The notes beneath the pieces are model-generated. The model ran no database searches, was not told where the DNA came from, and saw nothing but the letters and a program-made list of their open reading frames with translations. 64,000 bases of DNA. It comes from Octopus vulgaris. Its lineage: Eukaryota. Below are positions 1 through 14,084 of the stretch, piece by piece; the stretch's first letter is position 1, and each line of letters begins with the position of its first letter. The stretch spans positions 45,880,001-45,944,000 of the forward strand of contig OX597822.1 of NCBI GenBank assembly GCA_951406725.2. The letters run 5' to 3'. The translations under genes were made by a program, and so were the position numbers.

Positions 1-108
1 ACACGTTAATTTCACGAGCAGGCTGTTCCGTAACCGACGGAGTGCTTCCATACTCCAGTGAAGTCTTTGTCTGAGTTTTTTAGAGTGTCAATTATTATTG
101 AGGACTGA

Positions 109-322
109 GGCGGCGAGCTGGTAGAAACGTTAGTATGCCGGGCAAAATGCTTAGCGGCATTTTGTCTGTCTTTATGTTTTGAGTTCAAATTCTGCTGAGG
201 TCGACTTTGCTTTTCATCCTTTTGGGGTCGATAAATTAAGTACTAGATATGTACTGGGTCGATCTAATCGACTGGCCCCTCCCCCCAAATTTCAGGCCTT
301 GTGCCTAGAGTAGAAAAGAATA
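109..322 (+). mobile_element. tRNA-derived SINE with Nin/Deu-like central domain (representative of about 20 copies in the window)
   Basis: B-box-like GAGTTCAAATTC; core GTCGACTTTGC.TTTCATCCTTT.GGGGTCGATAAATTAAGTAC; 15-bp TSD ATTATTGAGGACTGA at 94-108 and 323-337. Other copies near 5550, 8625, 11190, 16030, 18630, 28080, 30160, 36170 and 57220. Confidence 0.85.
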
Positions 323-2211
323 ATTATTGAGGACTGAATCTATGTTTGCATGCTCGTGAATTAGTCGATTTGTGTAGCTTTCATCCATCAGAGTGTCTTT
401 GAAAGATGGTAATACTCAGTGTGTCATTGCTCCTCACAGGAATACTATGGCTGTTGGGGTTTATACCCTCACCCTCCCTTAAAGCACAAACAACAGTAAT
501 AATGTTTATACAGGGTTATCAGTCATTGATCTTTTGTTTGAAGAAATTATGGAGACACTACTTGATAAGGGCTGACTTGGGTTTAAACGACAACAACCAC
601 CTTTGCCCTTGTTTTGATTAGAAATTCAGTACAGAAATCAGTTTATAGATTAAGAAAAGGTCCATTAAGGACTACCTGAAGTTGAAAAGTACTTGAACAT
701 CATATTTTTATCTGTTGACTGTGACCTTGGATTTATATAAGCTGTCTATTTGGACTGTTGATAGGGGAAGGAATTGAAGTGGGTTAGAGAAATCATTCAT
801 TAATGGGCTTTTGTTGTCGTAAAGGATTAAGATAAAAGATCCCTGTAACCCTAACTGTTGGTCTTTAGCCCCAGGTTAGTTCAAGAACTGATATATAATC
901 AAGGCTGTTCTAGATGTGACAATTTTTTTTTCTCAGATATACTATATGTAGGACTATATTATGTAACATTTCTCCCCATTTTTAAGTAGATGTGATTTGA
1001 GAGAGATTTAACTGCTATTTCTAGTAGTTTTTGTTACCAGTTTATTAAGGTGACAGAGGTAAAGCATGAATGTGACACAATTTAATCTTCTGTGTGTTGG
1101 GAATTAGTGGGCTTGTCCCTTAGTAACAAAGCAGTTAGTGGGAGTGAGAAATTAGCTGAAATAACCAAGTGACTAATTAAATCCATCATATTAGTATCCA
1201 GTTATTTTGGGTTCTGAGTTCAAATGATGCCTCAGCCAACTTTTGTCTTCCCTCCAGTAGTAAATAAATTAAGATATAATTAAAAAATAAAACTCATCAA
1301 TAATTAACCAAAATCCATGCAGCCAATTTATAATAATCATCCACTTATGAAAACTGGCCCTGGACTGCTGTGCTTGAGAAGACACCTCACACTTATTGAA
1401 ACGATGGGCATAGTTGGTGCTGGTGACATGTTATAGACACTCTGTTAAGTGGTTGGCGTTAGGAATGGCATTCAGCCATAAAAACCATGCCGCAACAGGT
1501 GACTGAAGCCTAGTGCAGCACTCCAGCTTATCAGCTCCTGTCAAACCATCCAACCCATGCCAGCATGGAGAGCAGATGTTAAATGATGATGATGATGATA
1601 TTTAAGCAGAAAATGTTTCAATTCTCAGTTAAGCTCTTTCGCTTTACTGAATGTACTAAATTCATTTTTGAAAGCTAACACAACACATTGCATTTCTCCA
1701 TTCTTCTTGGTAGAATCTTGAATCCCAAAAAGACGATTCTGCAATTCCTTGATGAATGTCTCCACGACCACCAAGACAAACGGTTTGTTTATAGTGATCA
1801 AAGTCTTGTATCATACATTAGCTCACTCCCTCCATCAAATGTAAAAATGATTGCAGAACAATACACGATGAAGTGTTTTGCTTAAGAATACAATGAACTG
1901 CCTGGGGTAGGAATTGAAACCACAATTTTATGATTGTGAGTGCAACACTTCAACCACCAATATTTCAATTCATCAACTGAATTGGGCTGTTAAGTATTTA
2001 TTTTGAAATATTTCTGTTTTTGGACCATAAAATCTGGGATTGACTAAGTTTTTCTCAAATGGACAGTCAGAAAGTTAGAATTTACCCGACCCTCTCCAGT
2101 GAGAGAGAAAGAAAGAGACATTTGGTCTCTGTAACGTAATGCAATTATGTGTTCTTCTGATCATCCCTTCTAGTTAATGAGAGGTGGCAAGACAAAAAAG
2201 TAGCGATTGAG

Positions 2212-2372
2212 ACTGGAAGCCATCTACTTGCGATACCAGAGGGTGCACACTCTCCTACCCTGATGTAATCTCCAGGGATACAGGCATCCAGCAACAGGGC
2301 CTCCGTAATGCTATGATGGACCGTAGCATGGTAAATTCCATTGTCTCGACCACAGTCGAACGATGATGATGA
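2212..2372 (+). mobile_element. 3' end of a non-LTR retrotransposon (RTE-like C-terminus with GAT tail)
   Basis: Plus frame reads WKPSTCDTRGCTLSYPDVISRDTGIQQQGLRNAMMDR, followed by (GAT)n. Confidence 0.6.
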
Positions 2373-3904
2373 AGACAAAAAAAAACGGTAAAATATATTT
2401 GGGGAACAAATAATGTAAAGAAGCATTTCTCAGTAATAACCAAATCACATTATTGGAAGCTAACTGGATGATAGTATGTACATGACATAGTTATGTACTA
2501 AATAACATGAATCAATCATCACGACCCATTGAGAAATTCTTTCAACACTCACCAATGGAAACAAAAGTTACCTCCCTTAAATTACCAATTTATCTCCCTT
2601 TAAACTATATGATTTGGATCATGTTTTTCTTTGGTTTAGGGTTAGATATAATGTCCTCTTTTATTTTTACAGACTGCAATTTGTGGCTTTCAGCAGATTT
2701 ACAAAGACGTTCATGGAATGACCGGAAATATTTTCAACTAAAGTGTTATATTTGTCAGACAAATATCGCTATTTTGTTTTCTTTCAACAAATGACAACAA
2801 GCCTATGTTTTGTTACTGTAACACCACCTTGCATTTTTTGTCAAATGAATTGACTCCACTACTATTGGTCTCTTTTGCTGAAGCGCTAGGTTACAGGGAC
2901 GTAAACACACCAACATTGGTCAAGCGATGGGGTGGGGGTACAGACACACACATATACTCTCTTTTACTTATTTCAGTCATTTGACTGTGGCCATGCTGGA
3001 GCACCACATTTAGTCGAGCAAATCGCTCCTAGGATTTATTTTTTGTAAGCCTAGTACTTATTCTACCGGTCTCTTTTGCAGTACCTCTAAGTTACGGGGA
3101 CATAAACACACCAACATCAATTGTCAAGCGATGTGGGGAGGGGGACAAACATATATATATATATGTGTGACTGGCTTTTTTCAGTTTCCGTCTACCAAAT
3201 GCACTCACAAGGCTTCGGTTGACCCGAGGCTATAGTAGGAGACACTTGCCCAAGGTGCCATGCAGTAGGACTAAACCTGGAACCATGTGGTTCATAAGCA
3301 AACTACTTACAAAATAGCCGCTCCTATGCATATATATATATATATATATATATATGACAGACTCTTTTTTTTTTTCAGTTTCCATCCACAAAACCCCACA
3401 CAGAAGTCTTTGGTTGGCCCGAGGCCATAGAAGACATTTTGCCCCAAGGCATCACACAGTGAGACTGAATTCGGAACCATGTGGTTGAAAAGCAAGATTC
3501 TTACCAGACACAGAAAGAGTGCATGATGCATGTACACGTAAATGAGGCTGACTACGTGCCTTGTATGATGATTGTTTTGTTTCTTCATTCTCCAATGTTC
3601 TTCAAGCTAAAGTTTATTGATCTCACCTACAACACTAATAATACCTCGGTGAAAGATATGCACAGTATGTTACCTGTATTTAATGCTCACTTTTCCATGC
3701 TTACATGGGTCAGACGAAATTCAAGATAAATCTTTCAACTTTCCTTTCACCAACCCTCACCCATTTCCATGTAAAGTAAATATTTCCCATGACCACAGGG
3801 GTTTTTTTTTTCAGACTGGAAACAACATTTGTATTACAATGATGCATATTTACAATCACTGAGTGATATCAAGACAAGGGTATGCACAAACACACATATA
3901 TATC

Positions 3905-4100
3905 TATCAGTCGCCATGATAGATTATTAGCCACTACACACATATTTTCTCCCCTTGTTTTTTTCTGTGTCCCTTTCTGTAGAAGAGCATAGGCTCGAAA
4001 CGTAAAAGACTTTTTCTATTCCTGAGCGTTATACTAATACATCTGTTTGTTTTGTACACCACCTGTCTTCGTCTTGTTTTTTTTTGTAAACTCTCCTATA
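3905..4100 (+). mobile_element. Short repeat resembling a Penelope-like pseudo-LTR with a hammerhead-like motif
   Basis: Near-identical copy at about 52280-52445 and degenerate inverted copy at about 48990-49130; flanked by (TA)n; contains CTGTAGA-A-GAGC..GCTC-GAAACGTA. Confidence 0.55.
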
Positions 4101-5989
4101 TGTATATATACATGCATATATGGGTACAGGTCATCAAAAAAACAGACAAAAATGAGAAACGAGAACATAAAAAACAAAAACATTTTTTCGAACAACGAAA
4201 GAAACAGAGAAATGAGACATGCAACATAAAGAACATTCCCTTCTTCAGTTGTCTCCTGTTGTATCTAATCTGCATTTCAAAGGTAGCGACAATATATATA
4301 TATATATATATATATAAAATCATTTAATGTCTATCTTCCATGGGTTGGATGCTTTGACAGGAGCTGGCAAGCTAGAGGACTGTGCCAAGCTCCCTCTCTC
4401 TCTCTCTGTCTTATCATTTAATGTGAATTTTCCATGCTGGCATGGATTGGACATTTTGGCAGGAGCTGGCAAGCAAGAGAACTGCACCAGGAACCAATTG
4501 CCTGTTTCTGCATGGATTTCAGAGTCCAATGTTCTTCCTAACAGCAACCACTTTACAGAGTGTACTGGGTGTTTTCTAGGTGGCACTACCATGGGACCTT
4601 TTTACATACACGAAAGACTCCACTGTATTTTTTTCCACTAAATTTGCTCAATGACCTGGTGGTATGATATAGGATACTTGCCTAAGGTTCCCTATAGTAG
4701 AACTGAACTTTACCTGTAATTTCAGAACAGAAGTTTAGCAGTTTCAATATCTGCTGCATACATAAAGCACCAACCGATTGTAACCGATGCCAGTACCTGC
4801 TGACTGGCTCTTGTGCCAGTGGCATGCAAAAAGTACCATCCAAACATGATCAATGCCAGGCCCGCCTGACTGGTTCCTGTGCTGGCAGCATGTAAAAAGC
4901 ACCGACTACACTCTTGGCGTGGTTGGCATTAGGAAGGGCATCCAGCTGTAGAAACATTGCCAGATCGGATTGGAGCCTGGTGCAGCCACTGGCTCTCCAA
5001 ACCTAAGTCAAACCATCCAACCCATGCTAGTATGGAAAATGGACATTAAACAATGATGATGATAATGATGATACACACACATTAAAATGTTTAAACAAAC
5101 ATCAAATTTTTAAAACAAACAATGCTTTAGGTTTTTGTCAAGTTTTTCTTTCTAGTTTTATTTTTTTAATTTTTTTGTTTGGTTTTTCAGCATTTTTCAA
5201 CTTTTTCTTTTTAACAGTTTTTTTGTCTTTATTTTTCAATTGTTTGCTTTTTGTTGTATTTTAAATTTTTTTTTTATTTTTTTAAGTTGTATTTCTCCAA
5301 CGATGTCTGAATTTAAGTTATTGGAAGTCAAATGTATTGTCAATAGTTTAGAAACATCATTAAAAGAGTTCAAAAGTGTGTGGGTTATTTTTTTTTAGAA
5401 GGATGAAAGGGAGGGGAGGAGAGAGGGGATGGGGATGAGAGGGAGCTCTCCCATTTTTTTTTTTGTTTCCAACAAATTTTCAAAATTCTGACATTTTCCC
5501 TTCAATTCATCTTCCTATTTCAAGCATCATCATCATTAATAATAGTTTTAAATTTTGGCACAAGGCCAGCAATTTCCAGGAAGGAGGTAAGTCGATCACA
5601 TCGACCTCCAGTACTCAACTGGTACTTATTTTATTGACTCCGAAAGGATGAAAGGCAAAGTCGACCTCAGCAGAAATTGAACTCAGAACGTTAAGACAGA
5701 CAAAATGCTGCAAAGCATCTTGCCCGGATTGCTAATGATTCTGCCAGCACGCCACCTTCAATAATAATAGTGATAATAATGTTGCTGTTGTCATTGTTAT
5801 TGTTCTTTGTGCAGTAGTTTAGCCCAAGGCCAGCCATCATTGAGTAGATAGACCAGACCTAAGATCAAAGACATTCCATCTGTGGACCCCACTCCCATCC
5901 TTTTTTTTTTTTTTTTGAGGTTGTTCTCAATTGTTGCCATTTGGAACTAGAATGGAAATTAAATAAGGAGACAGGGAAAGAAAGGAAAA

Positions 5990-6037
5990 GGGAGAGAGAG
6001 AGGGGGAGAGGAGAGAGAGAGAGGAGAGGAGAGAGGG

Positions 6038-6075
<38 letters not shown>

Positions 6076-6096
6076 GGAGAGGAGAGAGGGAGAGAG
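5990..6096. repeat. (GA)n-rich microsatellite
   Basis: Direct reading. Other SSRs include (TA)n at 41116-41163, 41453-41493 and 62600-62650, and (TG)n at 12809-12845. Confidence 0.9.
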
Positions 6097-6719
6097 TTTA
6101 TTCCACTTTGCCTAATAAATTTTTTAAAGAATTAGTGTTGTAGGATGAAAGAAGAAAAGAAAATTCAGTCAAATGATCAAAAGATTCACCACCAGACTTT
6201 TTTTGTGGGATGGGGGAAAGGGTCCAGCAAAAATACATAAAGGGCTGTCGGGTCAGACCAGGTAAAAATCTGACCTTTGAACCCCTACAATGTTGGCTGC
6301 AGCTCTGCAGTCAGATGTCCACAGCAATATCCCTTCTAACTTTTAACAATCACAATCATAGTAGTAGTGGTGGTGATGGTGGCCCTTTCTGTGGCAACAA
6401 CAACCAAAGCAATTGCAGAATTTGTAGTGCCAACAATGACAACAACAACAAGACTAGCATTTTTCTCTTTTTAGATAGTATATAGATTTGTTCTCCATCT
6501 GCAATGTTGCTGTGAAAGAAGAGGTAAGGTGGAGGAGAGTGTGACAGAAGAGTGAAAGAGAGGGAGAATTAGAGAGAGGGTGGAGAGTAAATTTTCATTT
6601 TTTTTCTTTTAGTACAGTGCAGCAGTTGTCACTCATTGCACAATTTGTGCTGTTGATTACATGCAACCTGGAAAACAAAACTGCTGTAATGACAAGGAAC
6701 TTGCTACAAGAAATGACAC

Positions 6720-6756
<37 letters not shown>

Positions 6757-8864
6757 AAAAGGAAAAAAGACAAAGAAAAAACCCTTCAGTTGAGCAATAG
6801 GTTGGAGGAGTTGGGGCAGTGTGTGAGATTTCATTGTTCAAGGGTTTAATTTGTGTGTGTGAATTGTATTAAAAAAACATAACATAGTGACAAAAATAAC
6901 AAGATAACAATAATAATAATAATAAATAGAGCAAAAAAAAATTCAAGGAAACAATTTCTCACGTTAAGAAAGGAACAAAAAAAAAAAACAGAACCTCTGT
7001 CCCTCCTCCATTAATACACCAGAGAGAGGGCTAGAGGAATAAGGGGCTCTCAGGGACAAATGTTGATACAGCAAAACAAAGACACACACATACATACATG
7101 CACACACACAGCCCCACACACACTAAATGAAATAATACATTCACACACGAGTCACTTCAGATCTGTCTCAACAGCAACCACAACCTGGGACTACAAGCAT
7201 TCAGGAACCAACTGGCTTATGCAAGCAATGTAACCTTACAGACACAGGACTGCCTTGATGCATGGTCACCATACAATAAATAAACCAGGGTATGTCATCA
7301 GAGAGCACAGTATTGGCAGTGGTGGTGGTAGTGGTGGTGATGAGGTGTTCAATATCAGATGGTGCAGGAGTGATATGTATGGAATACTGGACATGCAGAT
7401 CATACCTAGTAGTTCAAAAGATGACTTTCTATGGTGTATGCATTGGGCAAGTGTCATCTCCTATAACCCTAGGCCAACCAAAGCCTTGAGTGGATTTGGT
7501 AGAGGGAAATTGAAAGAAACGTATTTTGTGTGTGTGTGTGTGTGTGTGTGTGAAATTACGATTATCAAAAATCTTTATGTCTTGAGGAAGAGGGTTCAAA
7601 GGTCTACTACTTTTCAATACCTTGCCAAAAGGCCTCAGAGATGTACAAGGTGTTGATGTGAATGTGTTTAGAGAACACTGACATTTTTTTTCTCATATAC
7701 TTGATTAACCAACATCATGGCAAGAAACAAAGAAAGGCAGCTCTGTCCAAGTCACAATTTCACCAGGACCAATTCTGAAGAGAGGGTCAGGAAATGAACA
7801 ACTAATGAATGCTAATGGCAGTGCTTCAGCATGGGCACAGCCTCTGGCTCGAACTGATAGTAAGATAATAGAATGTTTCAACACTATCGGACCTCAACAG
7901 CTAAGAATAATTTTACCAATACAGGCAGATAGAACAGAGAGAGTTTTTTTAAGTTGAGATCAGTGAATGACTAATAATTTTTTCATTGATTTCAGATGGG
8001 TCAGTGTGTGTGTGTGTGTAGTTGTGGCAAAAAGTAAAAAAAAAAGGAAAAAAAAAAAAAAAGCAGCAGGAGTTAGAACTCAGAGGATAGGGTGGCCTCT
8101 TGTTGTTGTTGTTAACCAGGTGAAGAAGAACAAGCAGAGTTATGTCTTTTGCTCAAATTGGTCAGAGAAGGCAGATGGTTCCCCCACCACTACCACCACA
8201 TACACAGAACATTACTAAATAATCTTGCAGTTTAATACAAACGTTGAATATATTATCACGGGTATTAAGTCCAGCACCTCATCTAACCACCCCAACACCA
8301 CCACCTACTGTGCCCATTATAAGAGGTTTTAATTTTCTTTTATCAAGCATTTCATCCTAAATATACTGATTAGACAAAAAAAAAACATTCTTCCCCCGGA
8401 GCATGCACACACACATGCCCTCCATACAACAAAACAATCTCACCACTAACTCTACCACAACACCATAACATCACTCAACGCACACACACGTTTGTTATCT
8501 GTGAGACAGGCATGAAAGCTTTCAGGTGAATAGTAATTGAGCAGATCTCTCACCTAAGGGATCCCAGCCATGGTTTTGCTTTATTAATCTCAGTGTACCA
8601 TGCACCTAAGATTGTGATAACCTTTTCTACTCTAGGCACAAGACCCGAAATTTGGGGGGAGGGGCCCAGTCGATTAGATCAACCCCAGTACGCAACTGGT
8701 ACTTAATTTATCAACCCCGAAAGGATGAAAGGCGAAGTTGGCCTCAGCGGAATTTGAACTTAGAACATAAAGACAGACAAAACACCGCTAAGCATTTCAC
8801 CCAGCGTGCTAATGTTTCTGCTAGCTCGCCGCCACACCTAGGATTGTAATATCAAAACATGTTT

Positions 8865-8906
<42 letters not shown>

Positions 8907-9842
8907 GAGACACACACAAAACTGTGATGTCCATGTCTTGCAAACCATTCTGGGTCAATAACACCCCCTACCCCTCCACCTGTCTTTAAGGTTATATAAG
9001 CAAAACCAGGAAGTGAAATGGTGAGTTCTAAAAGAATTGAAGTCAAATAAGAGGAGGGACAGTACCCACGGCTTCAGAAACACCACCCTATCTATCATCA
9101 TTCATGCACATAACCTCCACCACACACACACAAACAATGCCCAAACATCTATACATCACACGGCTACATTCATGTGTAACTACACAGACATGAAAACATT
9201 TTTTGTTTGTTTGTTTTGTTTGTAGCAAAGTGTAAAGACCCTACATTTTTTTAAAAGAGAGAGGAGGTTGGTGAAGGGGAAAGAGGGATAGTGACATTCA
9301 TTATATTCCCACCTCCCCGAGGATAATTAATTAGCTTTAGCTTGGATCTGAAATCTGGTTGGGAAGATGGGGGTCACTCAACAGTAGCCAACTGACCAAC
9401 CAACCAACCAAACAAACCTCCCCCCACCAACTTGTTCAATGATGCACAAACAAACCCCTACCACACACTTAAGCTAAATAAATAAATATAAAAATATAAT
9501 TAAAAAAATATATGTAAAAACAAAACAAAAGGCAGGGGTCTGCTGTGTAAAAATAACTGGGAAGCAGAGGTGATGGGGAGGGGATTCCAACCATGATCCC
9601 AGTAAATCTATGTAAGTTGTGGCTGTCTTTACTCTCTATAGCAAATTGGGGTTTGGGGGTGAGAAAGAACGGCAGAAGGACCAAAAGAAAGTTGGCAGGG
9701 AAAAGGTGCTGGTGAGAAGAGAGAAGAAAAAAATAAAAATAAATAAAAAATAAGTAGAAAATAAGATGAAGGAAAGAAAGAAGGGAGTTGAGAATAGAGC
9801 AGAGAGAGAGAGAGAGAAAAAGAGTGCTAAGTGAGAGAATCT

Positions 9843-9935
9843 TTAAGAAGATGTAGCCGGCGATGGCGATGGGGATAAAGATTTCCTGAGATTGTTTGGT
9901 AACTGTGAATCTATCTTACTCATGTGTTTGTGAAC
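9843..9935 (-). CDS. LSM12: LSM12 terminal coding exon 5 (VHKHMSKIDSQLPNNLRKSLSPSPSPATSS*)
   Basis: Acceptor TTTTACAG in phase 0; starts VHKH (vertebrate VEKH); TAA at 9843-9845. Total spliced protein is 194 aa, the expected size for LSM12. Confidence 0.85.
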   Translation of the reverse strand, partial: VHKHMSKIDSQLPNNLRKSLSPSPSPATSS

Positions 9936-12102
9936 CTGTAAAATAGAAGCAAACAAAAATTGAATGTTAGATGATATCAGAGAAAAGAACAAGGCAAAAC
10001 ATTAACCAAACATTTCCCAAGACACTAAACCAGTCAAAACACTAATTAAAGGTGTCTATAGATTTAACAATGACTGCATTAATTGAATTGTTAAACAATT
10101 TCTACTTAGAAACAAAAAAAAAAAAGCTGGAGTGTCACCTTCAAATGAATCCCATATCATCATCATTGTTTAATGCCTGCTTTCCATGCTGGCATGGGTT
10201 GGATGGTTTGACTGGAGCCTGGTGCAGCAACCTCCTGGCTTGCCAGTCCTCAATCTGATCTGGCAAGGTTTCTACAGCTGGATGCCCTTCCTAACACTAA
10301 CCATTCCGAGAGAGTAGTGGTGCTTTTTATGTGCCACCAGCACAGGAGCAGGAGCTAGTCAGGCGGCACTGGCATTGACCACGCTTGAATAGTGCTTTTT
10401 ACGTGCCAGCAGCATGGGTGCCAATCAGGTAGCACTGGTATTGGCCACAACTACGATTTCACTTGACTCAACATCTTATGATTAAAGGGTACTTTTAAAC
10501 AGGCAGGTTATGCGACACTGGCATCAGCCATGGCTAGGATCTCACACTTTATCAGTTCCTATTTGCCTAACCAATAAGTTAAGTAACATAAAAGTAAAAC
10601 ACAAACACACATTATATATATATATAGGTGTAGCTGTGTGATAAGAAGTTTGCTTCTCAACCTTACAGTTCCAAATCCAGTCCCACTGTGTGGCACCTTG
10701 GGTAAGTGTCCTATACTATAGCCTTGAGCCAACCAAAGCCTTGTGAGGGCATCTGGGAGATAGAAACTGGAAGAAGCTTGGTGTGCATGTCTAGCATCAT
10801 CATCATCATCATTTAATGACCATCTTCCATGTGGGCACTGGTGGGTTTGTTGCTTTGACTAGAACTAGCAAGTTGGAGCGCTGTACCAAGTTCCAGCCTG
10901 ATTTGGATTGATTTCTACAGCTGGATGCTCTTCGTAATGTCAACCACCTTACAGAGTGTTCTGGGTGCTTTTTACATGGCACCAACACAGGATCTATTTA
11001 TATGGACCAGCATGATTGCCTTTGACATCAACCAGCACAAGGACTCTTGCAAGATAAAAAAACCTCTTCAGCTGGGAGCAGTGTACACAAAACTGGAAAC
11101 CACATGGTTGCTCTTATGCGTAGATCCTCGTCCACTTCGTATGTTGTTGTTGGCATTGCAATATTCTTATCGCCATTATTATGTTGTGGCAGAATTGTTA
11201 GCATGCTGGGCGAAATGCTTAGCGGTATTTCATCTGATGCTACGTCTGAGTTCAAATTCCACCGAAGTCAACTTGGACTTTCATCCTTTACGGGTCAATA
11301 AATTAAGTACCAGTTGAGTACTAGGGTCGATATGATTGACTGTGCCACTCTCTACAAAATCCAGGCCTTGTGCCTATTGTACAAAGGGCTATTATGTTGT
11401 GGCAGTATTCCGCATCTTATCTTTGACTCGTCTATTGTGCTATCGCTGATAGCTCCATAAGACAATGACCTTGAAACATCTACCTTGACAGTAACTAAAA
11501 CTCGTATATATCACATAACTAACACTGACTTCAACTGAGAACTCATACAATGACTACTACTACTGACTTTCTACAACTGACCGTCTAACTTCATAGTGGC
11601 TGGTTCATACCACTTTGTCACATGGGAAATGGAGTATCATTTTCACTACAACAGTTGCAAATTGAACTTCTTGACTACATAGCCAGATACTTTATTCTCA
11701 AGCATGGACTAACCACAGGGGAAATTAACAGAAGTTGTAAGGAATGAATCACAAGAAAGCAAAGACTGAATTCTTCAATGGCATCACAAGTGCCAGTAAC
11801 AAACAAAGAAGGAAAACAAGAGATCGTAAAATTAAGGGTATAGTTCAAATAAATAATAAACTGCCAGCAGTGGAATTGAAATCCAGACCACGAAGCTAAT
11901 AAGCCCATGTACCTTACTTCTCTCTGAGAATTACTTCAATAAGAGAGTTGGTTCGAGGCTAAATATACCCTTGAAATTTGACAAAATACTCATTAATAAG
12001 ACAATGAGTGCTCTTACTGCTAACAAACAGTGAGCTGAACTCTAACATTTGTTCTTTACAGTTAAAGAAGAAGTGGACCAGCTGATAGTCTTGATCTTAG
12101 AC

Positions 12103-12416
12103 CAGTGCTTCTCAAACACAGTCCGTATGACCCCTGGGGGGGGTACATATAAGATCTTTGGGGATCTGCATGAGCAAAATAGTAAATTGAGAATCCACAA
12201 TAGTATTTTAAGGGTCCATCAAAAAATTTTGGTTTTGATGTATTTATTACAAGAAACAACTGACTTTTTACATGGGTTTTACATTACACGAGTGAATGTA
12301 TGATAAGCAAAATAGGAATTTTAAAAGTTTCTATAAAACTAGTTTTTAAACATTGAATGGCTATGGGGGTCCACCAGCAAACAGTAACCAAAATGACTCA
12401 TAGGTGGAGAACCATT
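12103..12416. mobile_element. hAT (Charlie-like) MITE
   Basis: CAGTGCTTCTCAA ... GGAGAACCAT termini. Similar short elements at 25051-25200 (flanks CTCTAAAA/CTCTACAG), about 49973-50208 and about 55070-55220. Confidence 0.55.
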
Positions 12417-12803
12417 TAGTGAGAGAAAATGGATTGTCAGTTGGTTGAGTCATAACTCCAGCAATGTGTCCCAGTTACTCATCAGGGTGGATCTCTATTT
12501 TTCAACAATGACAACTCAGTCATTCAATCAACTGAAATACCTGCTTCTACATTAACAGGTAAGTGGCTGAGCATTCTACAGAGAGGTGTGCTCTTAGTAT
12601 AATTCTCAGGTATGGCTGTATGGCTAAGAAGCTTACTTCCCAACCATGTGGTCTGGCGTTCAGTCCCATTGCATGGCACCTTAGGTAAGTGAACCCTTTT
12701 ATAACCCCAGATAAACCTAGGTCTTGTAAGGGGACTCAATAGGCTGAGACCTGGTAGATGAATATTTGGGAGACAGAAATTGAGAGAAATCCATTGTATA
12801 AAT

Positions 12804-12848
<45 letters not shown>

Positions 12849-13572
12849 GTTGTAAACAAGCACTGTTTATTTCCAGTCTTCCCTAAAAACGTCTGACCAT
12901 GGGAAATATATTGCTTGGAAACAGGAGTGTTGGCAACAGGAAGAGCATTCAGCCATAGAAAAACCTGCTTTAAATCCCGCCTGACCTACGCAAGCATGGA
13001 GAAATGAATGCTAAATGATGATGAATCTGAGTGACATTGTGTAACAAGGCTGTTACCGTTCCAATTATGAGAACAATTGACTCAACAATAACTTACAAAA
13101 TTTCACTCACAAGGTATGGGTTAACCCAAAGCTGCAGGAAATAACAGTGGCCCAAGATGACACAGAGTGGAATTGAAATTGGAACCTCAAGATAACTATT
13201 GCCATACTGTGCCTACAATAATACTCAAGTAGGGTTAAATGCCATTCTCTAACCCAATTATTTGACACAATAACCCTCTAACCATCATCATCATCATTTA
13301 ACAGCTGCACTCCATGTTGGCATGGGTTGGATGGTTTGACATGACCCTGGCTAGCAAGGAGTTGTCCAGACTCCAACTGTCTGTTGTGGCATGGTTTCTA
13401 CTGCTGGATACCCTTCCCAACACTGACCACTTAACAGTGTGCTGGGTGCATTTTATGTGCCACTGGCACGAGTGCTTTTTAAGTGGAATCAGCACCTGAA
13501 AGGACAAGCCAGTATGTGTGGAAGACAGCAGAGGGTTAAATTGTGTCCTTTTTTTTTTAAACTTTATTTTAA

Positions 13573-14084
13573 CCCTTTAACATTCACATTACTTAGTCAC
13601 AAGTTGAGACCCCCTTTGGCCATGACTGACCATGGGATTGCACCTAGAAACTTACCCTCCCAGGCACAAGTCCAGACAAGGTTGTTTATGAAAGACCAGC
13701 AGTCGCCCATGCATACCGGCCTCCCCTCTCCACGTCACCAGTGTTAAACAAAGGAAAGGCCAATACAGCCTGGCACCAGTGACGTTGCAGCTCATTTCTA
13801 CAGCTGAGTGAACTGGAGCAACATGAAATCGAGTGTCTTGCTCAAGAACACAACACGCAGTAAGCTCGATGCTCTAACCACTGAGCCATTACCATCACTA
13901 GTCACAAGTAATGCTCATTTTATCTCATTGTTTTGAATTAATCATGCATTATGTTCTACCTTTGAGAGTTCAGTGATGTGCTGGTGGCATGTAAAAAGCA
14001 CCATCCGAACGTGGCTGATGCAGGTACCTCCGGACTGGCCCCCGTGCTGGTGGTCCAGATATGATTGGTTTAAATGCTAAAGTG
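13573..14084. mobile_element. piggyBac-like MITE (TTAA-flanked) interrupted by a SINE
   Basis: TTAA-CCCTTTAACATT ... AATGCTAAAGTG-TTAA termini; related copy at about 50258-50463. Confidence 0.55.
13605..13898 (-). mobile_element. Third SINE family with an 11-bp TSD, nested in a MITE
   Basis: TAGTCACAAGT at 13594-13604 and 13899-13909; related copy at about 34195-34510 (+). Confidence 0.7.

Noticed and set aside
109-200. tRNA genes
   Set aside because: The A/B-box-like segments are SINE heads and do not form a full cloverleaf.
2145-2443. Minus-strand ORFs as extra LSM12 exons
   Set aside because: LSM12 is complete at 9843; these ORFs are the antisense of a LINE 3' end.
4225-4290. CTGAAGA and GAAA on the minus strand as a permuted hammerhead
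   Set aside because: Convincing stems I and III could not be drawn.
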